Shown: piece after piece, positions 37,152 to 49,587 of the stretch | Layout: each line of letters begins with the position of its first letter | Position numbering within the stretch: the stretch's first letter is position 1 | Assembly (NCBI GenBank): GCA_037447605.1 | Contig: CM074808.1 | Coordinates: 1,922,001-1,986,000, forward strand | From: Zygnema circumcarinatum SAG 698-1b | Taxonomy: Eukaryota > Plantae > Zygnematophyceae | Reading direction: 5' to 3' | Length of the DNA: 64,000 nt | Translations under genes and position numbers: made by a program | The notes under the pieces: model-generated | Database searches by the model: none | Seen by the model: the letters and a program-made list of their open reading frames with translations, nothing else | What the model was told of the DNA's origin: nothing

Positions 37152-37753
37152 TAATGTACCTCCCCGACCGTATAAACCGTAAGAACACATCAAACGACTG
37201 TACGACGCCGTACACGACACCGACGAAAGATACCCATACGGAACAGATCTAATACGACAAAGCGGCAACGGAAGGTCCAATCAGAGAGAGTGGATCTGCC
37301 ACGCCAGTCTACCGGCGCCCAGCCCTCAAGTCCGCCAGTCGGTGATCGCCACGTCAGATAAGGGACGGTCCACCACCCAATTAGCAGCGTACACGTGGTC
37401 GCAAGAAACAGCGCGGCGGAAAAGTGAAGGGCGCGCGCGACGTGGAAGACGAGCTCGTCTGCTGCTTGTCGCGTCGCGTCGCAGAGGGGGAGGGAGGGGG
37501 AGAGAGCGAGAGAGCGAGAGAGCGAGAGGGAGCGAGAGAGCGAGAGAGGGAGTGGAGAAGGAGGGAAGGAGGGAGGGAGAGGAAGGAGCAGGAGGGAGGG
37601 AGAGGAAGGAGCAGGAGGGAGGGAGAGGAAGGAGCAGGAGTGGGAGGGAGAGGAATGAGCAGGAGGGAGGGAGAGGAAGGAGCAGGAGTGGGAGGGAGAG
37701 GAAGGAGCAGGAGTGGGAGGGAGAGGCCGGAAGCGGAGAGGGAGCTTGCAGCC

Positions 37754-40700
37754 ATGGCGCCTCATGTGAGCTGGCGGAAACCCATAAGAACCCGGCAGCT
37801 TATATGGGGGGACGCGTCACGTCCTTCCCTGGTCTGCGTGATCGCTGTGCTGGTGTTGCAGCAGCAGGCGCTGAGAGTGGGATCAATGGTTGACTTATGT
37901 GGGAGGGGGGATGTGGATTTCCTTTAAGCAGCAGCAGAATGGATTTTTCGAGGAAAAGTTCGACGGAAAGCCCGCGAAGGATGGCAAAGGGAGTGACATT
38001 GTGGTGGACGTGAGCCAGGCAAGTGGCGGGCTGGGGCTGGCGCTTCAGTCGGGCGATGTTTGGGCAGACGTGGCAGCATGCTGTTGTGGGATGGATCATG
38101 GTGCTGAAGGGTACCGTGTCACGCAAGTGAATGGTGGGAGCGGCTTTCTATCTCTGGGTGGAGTTTAGCTTGAGAGAAATTCACTAAACCTTTAACAGTT
38201 GCGAGTGTTAAAGATGATTGGGATGAAGTAGGGCGAACTAATTCCTTCAAAGTGAATAGCACAAACAAGTTCAAGTCTAACCCACTTGCAAGTTTGCAAG
38301 CACCAACGGCGGGCACTGCTGCTGAGCACTTTTGAAGTTCCAATCATCGTTCACCATAGCTGGAAACGTTGTCCAAATGCTGCTTCCCTGCCTCTATTCA
38401 AATGTTCCAAATTCACGTACCATTAGTTGTCCATGGCTTTCCAAAAATTCCGCATTCACCCGCCAGTTCAGCGGCTGCTGAGCTGACAACTCGTTCTTTT
38501 GGTATTTCTGTTGGCTTTTGGTGCTTGGCAAATCCGACATTGCAGAAACCTCTCGACAAGGGCACCCTCCTCTACGTTCTCTTCTGCACCCTCGTTGCAG
38601 TTTTGGGCCCCTTCAGTTTCGGCTACGCAGTGAGGCCTGCAGCTGCTCTCACCAAAAGCTGCTCAGTTCGCCATGCATGCATTGCACGTTTCAATCGAAA
38701 CGTTTTAACTGACATGCATCCTCACGAGAGGGTCGCAGATCGGGTACACGTCCCCAGCACTCGCGGAGATGGCGGGGGAGATGAGTCTGAGCATTCGCCA
38801 GCAGTCCGTGTTCTCTTCCATCGTCAGCGTGGGAGCCATGGCGGGAGCTGTTTCCGGAGGCCGACTGGCGGACCAATGGGGTCGAAGAGCGGCGCTGGCC
38901 ATAGCGGCTGTGCCCTTCACTGTCGGATGGGTCTTCATCGCCTTCGGCCATGTACGGCTTTTCTGCTTGCTTGCCACGGGAATCGCATTTTGTGGGTCTG
39001 TAGGTGCTGACAATAGCACGTCTGCACGTTTCTTTTGCTGAGACAGGGGGGGAGGGCTGACAGAGCTTCACGGTGCTGTGCATCGGAAGGGTGCTCACGG
39101 GCTTCGGAACTGGAGTGGTGTCGTTCGCGGTAACTACAAACATCCACTCGCTGCAATTAAGAAGCGAATTAAATCTTCTTTTCTGTGTCGCTCCGGCTTC
39201 ATTTCTTTGAAAGTAAGGAAATTTCCGTGAGCATCCGCGGTCTGCCATAGTACGTGTGCGATAAGTCTCTAATGGACGGACACGCAACGGCGATGCAGGT
39301 CCCCGTGTACATCGCCGAGATTGCACCCGTGCAGCTTCGTGGACGTCTATGTGCAACGAACCAGCTGGGCATCGTGGTGGGCATCCTCACCGTCTATGCG
39401 TTGGGGCTGGCCTTCGAGTGGCGCCTGCTGGCGTGCATCGGTGAGCCCCCCCTCCTCTCCTCCCTCCCTCCCCCCTCCCCTGCCCCTCCCCTGCACCCTG
39501 AGGTGCCCATCGTTGCAGTCTGACCCTGGGGCGGGCGGGCGGGCAGGCATCTACCCGGCGGTGCTCCTCCTCCTGGGGCTGCCCCTCCTCCCGGAGAGTC
39601 CCCGCTGGCTCGCGAAGCGCGGCGACGCGGAGCAGCTCGAGCGCGCCCTCGGGCGGCTCCGCGGGGCGAGCGCGGACATCCGCACCGAGATGGCCGAGAT
39701 CCAGAAGTCGCTCGCCGCGCTCGACGCGCTGCCCCGCGCGACGCTGCTCGACCTCGGGGACCCCGCGCTGCGCCGCCCGCTGCTGGTCAGAATCGCCTCC
39801 TGCCTTCCTGCCGGCCTCCCTCCCCCCCCCGGCGTCCCTCTCCCTCTCGCCTCCCTCCCCCTTTGGCCTCCTCTTTCTGTGGGTACGGGGGAGCGGCACA
39901 GGGGTGGTGGTGGCCTGGGTCTGAGAGGGGCTGGCGGGTGGTTGGAGTTTCGCAGGTGGGCGTGGGTCTGATGGTGCTGCAGCAGTTCAGCGGTGTGAAC
40001 GCGGTCATGTTTTACGCGGGGCCCATATTCTCTGCAGTGGGATATGTGGACCCCAACGTACCCGGCCTCCTCTTGCAGGGAGTGCAGGTGCATTCCTCTC
40101 TCCGCTCGTCGTAGGTTGAGCATTTCCTCACAATTAACCAAATTGCTTCAGATAGTGTGAGTCGCTCCTGAACCCACTGGTGGTGTGAGAGGCCGCTCAC
40201 TCACTGCTGAGCTGCACCTGCCTGTGCAGGTGGCTACCACCACGTTGACGGCCGGAGTGATGGACAAGGCAGGCCGCAGGATGCTGCTCATAATCTCCGC
40301 GAGCCTCATGGCTGTCGGCTGCTTCACTCTAGGCCTCTCCTTCAAGCTGGAGGTCAGTCGCTACCTCGCAGAGGCCTTGCACTGCACTGCACTGCACGCG
40401 GAGCAGGAATAGGTCAGGAAGCGTGAGCAAATCTTGAGATCATGGTGACGAACATCCTGTTTACTTCCGAGTACTCCGACAGTGCTTCATGCCCACTCTC
40501 TCTCTCTGCTCACCGCCCCCCCCTCTCTCTCTCTCTCTGCCTTTCTCTCTGCCTATGACTGTGGCTTGTGCAGGAATGGCCAGTGTTTACTCAAGTGTCA
40601 GAGATTCTTGCTCTCGTGAGCCTCCTCGTGTACATCGTAGCCTTCGCCCTCGGGCTGGGGGCCATCCCGTGGATCATCATGTCCGAGGTGGGTCCCGCAC

Positions 40701-41214
40701 CGCCTCTCCTCCATGATGCAACCCGTGCTCTGCCCCGGGCCTGCATATGACCTGCTCACCCACCCACCCCCCCCCTCCCCCTCCCCGCGGCCCTCCCTCT
40801 CTTCCCTCCCGCCCGCAGATATTCCCCGCGCACGTGCGGGACCTGGCGGGCAGCCTGGCGGTGCTGACCAACTGGCTCAGTTGCTTTGTCGTCACGCTCA
40901 CCTTCGAGGACCTCCTCGACTGGAGCACAGTCTGTGAGCTTCCATCCCTCCCTCCCTTCTGAACCCTTACATCCCTCCCTCACATTCTGTTCCTGCCTGC
41001 CTCATTCCATACCACAAAACTCCCAAAGCCATGGATGTGACTGAGAGTGATCGGACGATGATGATGATGATGTGCAGGGACGTTCTGGTTGTACGCGTTG
41101 GAGTGTCTGGGCATTGTGCTGTTCGTGGCGGTGCTCGTACCCGAGACGCGGGGCCGCACGCTGGAGGAGATCGAGGCGTCCTTCAAAAAGCCGCTTGAGC
41201 TGCAGCTCGCTTAG
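37754..41214 (+). CDS. ERD6-like monosaccharide transporter (MFS sugar porter), multi-exon
   Basis: [29 protein letters not shown]...[79 protein letters not shown]; stop 41212-41214. First two exons inferred. Confidence 0.92.
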
Positions 41215-41775
41215 CCCCCCCCCCCCGCCCCCCCCTCGCGGGGTATATAGCTCGCTCTTCTCCGCTGTACAGGGCTGATCGCAGGCGCGTCTCCCTCCAA
41301 TGGCCCCCCTCCGCTCTGCGTCAGGGGAAAAGTGTGCTGGAATGTAGGTGGAGGCTCTCAGCTAGGGAGGCCTTGCAGGGGCTCTTCTTATTCTTTTAGG
41401 TTTAGGAAGTAGTATTTACACGAGTACCTGTTACCCCGCAAGAGTTTCTAAGACCGCTGACAAACAGTTTGTGCATAGGAGAGCATGTAAAGCAATTGTT
41501 TCGACATTTTTTTTCTTGCGGCAGGTTATTCGCTATTAATTTCAGAAGGTGTCTCTCAGATAGGAGATGAAACTATGAAGCAAAAGGCTTCGGATAGGAC
41601 TGTAGTTGGGCGAGTTCGGATCTGGAGGCTCGAGTAGGCCGGCAGGCGGTAAGCGGAGCTGAGAAGCGGCGGTGAAACCATAAGCTCGGATTATTGCAGT
41701 TTTGTTTAGACGCTTCAAGTTAGGCTTTCATTGTTAGCGCGTGAACGAGGGTTGTATTTACTTGTCAATAAACAA

Positions 41776-42840
41776 GTAGAATGATACTGCAACCACCTAT
41801 TTCGGATATCCCACCCCTCTTTTTGAAAAAGTTGCCCTCCCATTTTGGTTATCTCACCCCTGTTTTGGATATTTCACCCCCTTGTTTTTTTTTGGATATT
41901 CCACCCCCCTGTTTGGATATTTCGGGAGGGAATCTTTTGCCCTCCCCTCCCATTCACTCCCCTTCCCTGCCCTGCCCTCCCTTACCCTGCCCTCCTCTTC
42001 TCGGTTTGCGATGTCCATAGAAATGCTACCAACTGAGGAGAAAAAAATTTACTTGCATACATCCATCGGCAATGGTGGTTGGACCAAGATTTTTATCCAA
42101 GTCCAGGAAGAAATCACAGCCGTTGAAGTTGGACCATCGTCATCACCATGGGCAAAGGCAATTCAAGCATTGACAAAAAAACTGTATGCAGACGATTCTT
42201 CAGCAATGTTGCCCCTTGCATCAAAGGTACATGAATTTTTGGCTGTCAAACCACCGCAGTTGCAGAACACCCACCCGGTTATGAAGAAACGAGGTCGACT
42301 TACTAGCACGCGGAGTTTAGCAATCAATTGGGACAAGAGCCATTTCAAGTACGCTGAGGGGAACAAATGTTCCAATTGCAAGCGACCAGGCCACAACTTA
42401 AGATCTTGCCTTAAGTAGGGGGTCTACAATCCTAACCTGAAAACAAAGAGTAACGGTTGCCCCACATTGGTGACCTTTGCGGCTGCTTTTAGGGCTGCGT
42501 TTTTCCGCTTAGGCTTAGTTTAGTTTATTTTTTATTTTTTTGTTCCTACTTTTTTTATTTTGTGCTTAGGTCCTTTGCGACCAGTTTCTTGAGTTTCCTT
42601 ATGTTGACTTCGTCCATGTTCATTTGATGGCCTCACCATCTTGAGATAAATGCAAATCTCCTTTTCTTTTGTTGCACAATGTTGGAAGTCAGTAGTGAAA
42701 AGGAAAAAACAGGGGGGGGGGTATTCAAAATAGGGGGGGGGGAATATCCAAAAAAGGGGGGTGGGATGACCAAAATGGCCAGGCAAAATTTTAAAAAAAG
42801 GGTGTGAAATAACCAATTTAGGGGGTGTAGTATCATTCTC
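41776..42840. mobile_element. Internally deleted Mutator-like element with transposase C-terminal remnant
   Basis: Imperfect ~130-bp TIRs starting G(T)AGAATGATACT; flanks aataaacaa / gataaacaa (8/9 TSD); repeated GG(A/T)TAT..CACCCC subterminal motifs; + ORF to 42418 ends KKRGR...KCSNCKRPGHNLRSC (CCHC knuckle typical of MuDR transposase C-termini). Confidence 0.75.
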
Positions 42841-44093
42841 GATAAACAAAACATGTTTTTCGCATTCGAGATTCATGCGGGGCCTTCTCCCTCCCCCTCC
42901 CCCTCCCCCTGTGCAGTTCCAGTTTATCGCTGTGAAAGACCAGTGATCGCCAGTTCTGTGCAGCGCGGGACTGTGGCTGCTCTGCGCACAAGGCGGACCA
43001 TGGAACGGAACGGCTCCATTTGGACAACCAACCATTGGCTGGCAATGGTTGGACGATCCAACGGTTCGCAACCATTGCAATGGTTGATCCAATGATCCGA
43101 CCTGGTACTGCTCTTGACTTTTGACCCCTTCCGTACCAATATACGGCCTCACGTCACTGCCGTACGCGTGACTACACCGGCTCCCGCCCAGGGTCCTCCC
43201 GCCACGTGGCGCGACTAGCCGTACAGCTCGGCCACGTGTGGCGGCAGAGGTTTGGCGGGTCACGGTCGCGTTCGTACGAACATCCGTACGGAGGTGCTAT
43301 GGCGGCGGGCCAACCGCTAACGGCCGGGACGTGCGCGCGCTTGTCGCTTTCGCGTCAGCGCGAACCGCTGCCCGCAAATGTTTTTATCTGCCCATCAGAG
43401 GGTTTTTTCATTCGCCGGCTGCCCGCTGCCAAAACCCGGTCGGTACGGCCGGTCGAGTGCCGCCTCCCCATTCGCCGCCGCCTGCCACGTGGCCCGCCAG
43501 CGAGGCCGCCCGCGAGCATGTCGGCCTGCCGCGCGCACGGGCCGGTCGGTCCAGCCCCCGCCAAGCTACGGCCGTACAGTCGTACAAAAATCCCGCCGAC
43601 GCTCCCGCACGAGCCAGGCTGCACGGAGGACCCCGCTCGAGCAGCCACGTGACAGTCGCCGTCCAGTTCGTACGGCGGGCCCGATCCGCAGTCCGATCCT
43701 CCGCGGGGCTGCCGGAAGTCTGCCGCTGCTGCGCCGTACAGTGGCTTTGTCGTACGGTATAAAATCAAACCGTACGATTTGATAAGTACTATTTATCTAG
43801 AACCCGTACGGTCTGTCGCAGGCGGCCACGTGGTGGTCGGTGAGGTCGCGCCAGCTGTCCGCGGAGCCCCGCGTCCCGCCGAACCGTGCCGCCCGCCCGC
43901 CCGTCCACGCGGCCCTGCCGGCCTGAGACGCGCGGCGGCCGCTTTCGTGCCGCCGGCTGCCGCCCGCCGCCGGCCGGCCGGCCCTCCGAGGGCAGGAAAA
44001 CATTTTTTCTGCCCGTAGAATTCTGGCGGTCGCTCCGCGGGGCCCTCCCCTCCCTCCCCCTCCCGCCTGCGCCCGTGCGCCTCATGCCGCGCC

Positions 44094-45554
44094 ATGGCGC
44101 CCTCCACCTGCACCATCTTCCAGAGCTTCGGGAAGACCCGCCATGGACGCCCGAGCCCTGAAGCCCCTCTTCCAACTTCTCCAGAGCATTCACGACCGCC
44201 CGCCTCCGTCCAGGTCCCGCCGGCCAGGCAGCCGCACAACAGCGGCAGCGGAAGCAGCAAGAACCTCTTCTTCTGTGGCGCGGTTCCGCCCCTCGAGGCG
44301 GAACGCTCAGACTGGGACGGCGACGATGGGTGGGCGGCGGGCGGCGAGCAGGAGCTCCTGCGGGGCCTCCCGCGCGAGGTGGGGGCGGACATTCTGGCGC
44401 GCGTGGACCGCGCCTCGCTGCCCGCCCTCCGTGGCGTGTGCCGCAGCTGGAAGGCCTTCGTGGAGGGCCGCGAATTTCGGGCGGCGCGGAGGCGGCGGGG
44501 CACCGCAGAGGAGTGGGTTTTCATAGTGGGGGAGGTGCGCGGGCAGCAGCAGCCGCAGCTGCTCGCCTTCGACCCCGCCGCTGCGCGCTACTACCACCTC
44601 TCGTCGCTCCCGCCCAAGCTCTTCTCCCCGCCTCTAAGCCTTGGGGGGGGGAAGGTGGCGCCCATGCAGCGGCAGGACTTTGGCCTGGTGGCCCTCTCTG
44701 AAGAGCTGGTGGTATTTGGGGCCCCGGTTGGGAAGCTGTTCGGGAAGCGCGCGGGCGGCGTGTGGCTGTACAGCACTGTGCGCAACAGGTGGCGGCGAGG
44801 GGCGGAGATGCCCACCGCGCGGTCGGGGTTTGCGTGCGGGGCCATCGCGGGGAAGGTCTACGTGGCGGGCGGGAGGGACCGCACGGGGGTCGCCATGACC
44901 TCTGCGGAAGTGTATGACCCACAGAGTGACACGTGGGAGGCGCTGCCGTCCATGGCGACGGCGAAGCACATCTGCACGGGCGCGGTGGTGGGCGGCAAAC
45001 TGCACGTGCTGGGGTGCGGGGACCAGTGGCGCTGCCAGCCGCAGAACCTCTTGCAGCCCGTGCGGATGGAGGTCTACGACCCTACGCAGCGCGCTTGGAG
45101 CACGCTCGCGCTGGAATGCCCCGCGCCGAAGGTGTGGGGCGTGCCGTGGCACGACCAGGCCTCGCCCGTGGCGTGGCAGAACTGCCTCTATTGGGTCGGC
45201 TGCGGCGCCCTCAAGCTGCGCTTCTACGACGCGGCCGCCAACGCCTTCGTGGGGTACTTCGAGAACGAGCTCTGCGCCTACGACGAGCACGCCAAGCTCT
45301 CGGGGTTCCTGCACGGCCCGCCCGCGGGGCTGCTGCAGGCGCGCGAGTCGTGCGGGCTCGCCGTGGCGCGCGGGGAGCTGCTGGTGCTCGGAGGCTGCCT
45401 CTTCGACCCCGCGGGGCTGCCCACGCTCTGCCCGCCCGACGTGCAGGTCCACACGCCTCGCGCGCCCGCGGGGGAGGCATGGCGGACGCTCTGCGTCGCC
45501 GCGCCCGGCCCGCGCCTGGGGAAGGTCTGGAGGTGCGTTACGGCCGCGCTGTGA
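44094..45554 (+). CDS. F-box/kelch-repeat protein (intronless)
   Basis: F-box LLRGLPREVGADILARV...LRGVCRSWK; kelch repeats WRRGAEMPTARSGFACGAIAGKVYVAGG, AEVYDPQSDTWEALPSM, GAVVGGKLHVLG. Confidence 0.93.
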   Translation: MAPSTCTIFQSFGKTRHGRPSPEAPLPTSPEHSRPPASVQVPPARQPHNSGSGSSKNLFFCGAVPPLEAERSDWDGDDGWAAGGEQELLRGLPREVGADILARVDRASLPALRGVCRSWKAFVEGREFRAARRRRGTAEEWVFIVGEVRGQQQPQLLAFDPAAARYYHLSSLPPKLFSPPLSLGGGKVAPMQRQDFGLVALSEELVVFGAPVGKLFGKRAGGVWLYSTVRNRWRRGAEMPTARSGFACGAIAGKVYVAGGRDRTGVAMTSAEVYDPQSDTWEALPSMATAKHICTGAVVGGKLHVLGCGDQWRCQPQNLLQPVRMEVYDPTQRAWSTLALECPAPKVWGVPWHDQASPVAWQNCLYWVGCGALKLRFYDAAANAFVGYFENELCAYDEHAKLSGFLHGPPAGLLQARESCGLAVARGELLVLGGCLFDPAGLPTLCPPDVQVHTPRAPAGEAWRTLCVAAPGPRLGKVWRCVTAAL

Positions 45555-46734
45555 GGGAGGGGGAGAGGGGGGGAGGGGGAGGGGGAGGGGGAGGGGGAGG
45601 GGGAGGGGAGCGGAGGGGGGGGGGGACAGCTCGACATTGTCAAGGAGTCTCTCGTCTGTGAGACTGCGCTTATCTCCCCTACCTCCCCTCCTCTCCCCCT
45701 CCATTTTAAGGGGTGAATGGAGGGGTTTGGTTTTGCAACGGGTTATGGGAGTTAGGGAGCTTAGGAAATTAATGACCGGCAAGGGTTTTACTCGGGTCCG
45801 TAGGTTCGCATTAATAATTTAAAAGGCTGGTTCGGAATGGGGACTCTGTATATGGGGTATCCCCGCCCGTCTTTCCCCCCGCCCTCAACTTCGCAATGAG
45901 GTGGAATTTATAGCTATGTTTAGGTCCATATAAGTTTAAGGTCAAGTGTAAGCTTCAACCCTTGAGGGAAGAAGGCATGCTCAACTTATTGTTGTCCTTT
46001 GTTGTAGACGTATAATAAAATATTTCCTTAGGAATTCGAGCTTTTGTGGTTGTCGATGGCATCTGTCCCCTGACTCCGTATCCTGTCGGTCACTTTCGCT
46101 GTCAGCTGTTCAGCTTCACTGGACAACAAAATTCCCTTTGTTTCCTACTTCGGTGGCAAATATGAAGCTATGATGTTTGCTGCGAAAGCCTATAGACATG
46201 ACACTGCCTCGACTGCTCGTGTTAGGACATCCTCAGGAAGTCGGTTGGGGCAGATGCTTAATTAAGCAATTTGAGGCTTTCGCAGTAAGTACCAGTGGCC
46301 AGAGATACTGAAAGGGATTTGCTGTCTTGGGTAAGCACAAATGTGATTTGCGAGTAGAAGCAGTCGGTTGGAAAATTTAGCACTCTTAGAATTCATACAA
46401 AGAAACAGCTTATGTGTAATATACGGAACGCCGTTTGGGAGGACGACCATGGCGTGATTTGCCCACACTGTATGGGCATGCATGCCCATCACCAGATGAC
46501 ATGCATGTGGCATGTCCAGCAGATGCATCGATTGCAGTTTACCAGGCAGTGGTGCAGGTGCGTCTCTGTTAAAAAGTCTGGCTAATTCATTAGGTCTTTA
46601 GAGAAAAATAAATATAAAAAATCGAGGGGTAAAGAAGTAGGCACTGGCGAATCGCGATGAGATGAACGGCGGCCATTCGCATACATGATGGACGGTACAT
46701 ACAAAAAGGTGCCACTTGCCGCCAAGAGAAAGAG

Positions 46735-46815
46735 AGGAAGTGGCATTGATCTCACGATGGCGATGCCATCAAATAATGTACAAAATCAGCATACATGGGG
46801 AACCACGAGGAACTA
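46735..46815 (+). repeat. Partial copy of dispersed MARPS repeat
   Basis: ggaagtggcattgatctcacgatggcgatgccatcaaat...ggaaccacgaggaact. Confidence 0.6.
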
Positions 46816-47726
46816 AGTGGGCGCAAATGAGACCTCACCAATGGACCACTCACTCGCAGGCGGGACCAGCCTCGGGGGCGGACTCGGAAACCACGAGTCG
46901 AAGTCTCGTGCGGGGAGGGAACCACGAGGAAATCTTCGCCGTGTTCCATGTGACGGGTCGCGTTCTGTTGACCGTACGGTCTTCCTTGTCGGCTTGCGCC
47001 CAGGAGAAACTCCAGGTCACTGTTGCTGTTCAATGAGCCGGCGGTCCGTGGGCCGTTAGTGGGACCCAGGTTATCGGTTCGAATCCACAACTTTGGCCCT
47101 CATACACCTGTCCAGGCTTCGCGTCCGAAATCAGAATTATCAAAACACAGAGAGAGAGAGAGAAAGGGAGAGACCAATGCAATTTTTTAATTTATTTTTA
47201 TCGAAGTGTTGTGGAACCTGTACAATAACTTAGAAAGTAATTCTTTACAAAAGGTGTTTCATTTACAGTATTCATCTGAACAAGGAAGAAAACAAATCAC
47301 CAGACGATCGCCCTCGGAGAACGAGCCATTCTCCTACGCAGGTATCACTGGCCTGATTCCATGCTAACCCTTTATGAGGGAATACATCGTGGCTTCCATC
47401 CCTACTCCTTGAGACAGGTTCTACTGCATGCTCACGAATATTGTGCGGAAATCATGGCGAACACAGCAAGGCGCCGTTCTGTACATGCATGACAATCAGT
47501 CCACCCATTTCCATGCCATAGTTGCACTTTGGTGTAACTGCTGCAGACTTGCACATGTGAAGGCCACGTGGAGCCACAACCAAGGAGAGAGGATTGGCAG
47601 ACACCGCAACGAGGCCCGCTCTCTAGCTCGGCTAAAACATCAAGCAGTGCAAGCTGAGTCACGACTATCTGGCCTGTATTTACAAGGAGTGGGTGTCGGC
47701 ACATTTGCGCAAAACGTCTAAAGCTT

Positions 47727-49587
47727 CTAAAGCTTGTCTAGACGACCAATGCCAGTGCGATCTCTCCTAATGGCGACTGCCAAATGCATGTCAAAGAGCT
47801 CACATCGAATGGGCATTTCTACTTCATAGAAGGGATTCTTTAACACGTAGTCAACATACAAGTCGTATATTTGCCGAAGTCTTTCCTCTATTCCAGTCGT
47901 TCCTGGCTCAACAGCCATAAAGAATTTCGTTCCTGCAAGAATGCAAGATAAAATCAAACATTAGCTGGGAGCCACGGTGCCTAACACTTTTTCCTGCAGT
48001 CCAGATTCCGCCTTAGGACGAGGTGACTACTTCCTATATGCATTAAGCAGCCTATCGAAGCATAAGCCCAAGAGGCAACGCAGGATCTTTCTACTTTACT
48101 AGAATTTATTAAAACCCATGTTATGGGCTAGGCATTCTCATAATTCCTTTACAAGAAGGACACACAAACACTCCTTTTATATGGGCGCAGCAAGCGAACG
48201 AACAGAGCGCCGTGAGCGAAGGGAACGGCGGCCGCTCTGTTCGAGAGCTAGTTTCACTGCGCTCCCTATCGGTTGCCTGTTCCCTTCGGTCACGGCGCTC
48301 TGTTCGATCGAAAATAAAAAATCTGGCATCACTAACTATTTCAAAACCCGGCCAGGATGAGTGCACTACATAGGAGTCCTTTCTGAAAAAATGCTCTCAG
48401 GTTGTGTGGGAAGATAGACCGGTCAGAAAGTGACTAAAAAAACCACAAATGAACAAGTCATCCAGTGTCGCCCTGCTAGCTTAATACCATCGCTGGTAAT
48501 ACATTCATAAATGGAAGGTGTTATTACGACAATGTGAATTTCTGCAGAGATGGCCAGAGCTCATGGTAACGTAAAACCAAAGCCAATAACTTTTCATAAC
48601 ATTAAAAACCCTCCATATATTGTAAAGCCTTTTGTCACTTATGCAACATTACAGACGTGAAAAATGATAATTAAATAAGAAGTTTGAAGGTAATTGAATC
48701 AGCCCATAGAAGTTGGCACGGCATTGGTGAAAATAAAATTAACAAGGTTAGAAAGAATGTTGAGATGGAGAGGTTCTGCTGTGGCATTCACGGGCTCGTA
48801 CATATTAGAGCGGTTTTGCTTAGTCTTGCATATCAGGGTAATGCGATAAGTCTACCTGTCAAAGTCTGAAAGCAATGTAGATCAAACGTCTCGGCTTCAA
48901 GCAACTCGATGCCGCCTCCACCGGGAACCGGCGATAACTGCATAGCGATAGCGTGCAGGCCATGCCACGTGCTTGCAAGCCGCAAACTGTCATTGATATC
49001 CAACTTCGCAAGGGAACCAAAATCCTGCATCGCGACCGGTGCACGAATGATATGAATTTAGCATACAACACCATCGCACGGCACTCACTCGAATTCCCAT
49101 TTGCCGGATCACTGCCAATCCAAAAAATGGATCTGGATACCACTATACTTTTCCACGTTATAAGGAAGCAAGTCCTGAAAGAACCTTGAGTCTGTCTCCA
49201 AAATTGATTAAAGACATAAACGAATAAGTCCTGCCAACGACTGGAGCGTTCTGTCCTGAAAAATTTCAGCAACGATCCCACGTCCCCACTGATGCTATCA
49301 AACAAGATAATGCAGACAGAACTATGCCGGACTACTCACAGTCTAACTGCAACCCTACAAACCTTGTTCCAACTATTCTATGTTTACCCACTTGTACAAA
49401 CATACAAACATCACCATCCATCCGTCTGCCAATCGAGCATGCTTCCTGGTCACTTCCCGGCCTTTGTCGGCACGAGGGCACAAATGTACCGATGCTACAG
49501 GGAGGCGATTTGCACCTTGTAGTAGATGAGCCCGCCCGATTTGTTAATGACGAAGAGGTTGAAGATGGTGGTGGCAAGCGTGCCCAT
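47727..49587 (-). CDS. TRAPPC4: TRAPP complex subunit 4 (Trs23/sybindin family), 3 exons
   Basis: [17 protein letters not shown] | [26 protein letters not shown]...[15 protein letters not shown] | GTKFF...[27 protein letters not shown]. Confidence 0.95.

Noticed and set aside
43200-45820. Many overlapping Arg/Pro/Gly-rich ORFs around and antisense to the F-box gene
   Set aside because: Expected from very high GC content; no recognisable motifs.
47048-47086. tRNA/SINE suggested by B-box GGTTCGAATCC at 47076-47086
   Set aside because: The A-box-like motif is only ~14 bp upstream and no cloverleaf can be drawn.
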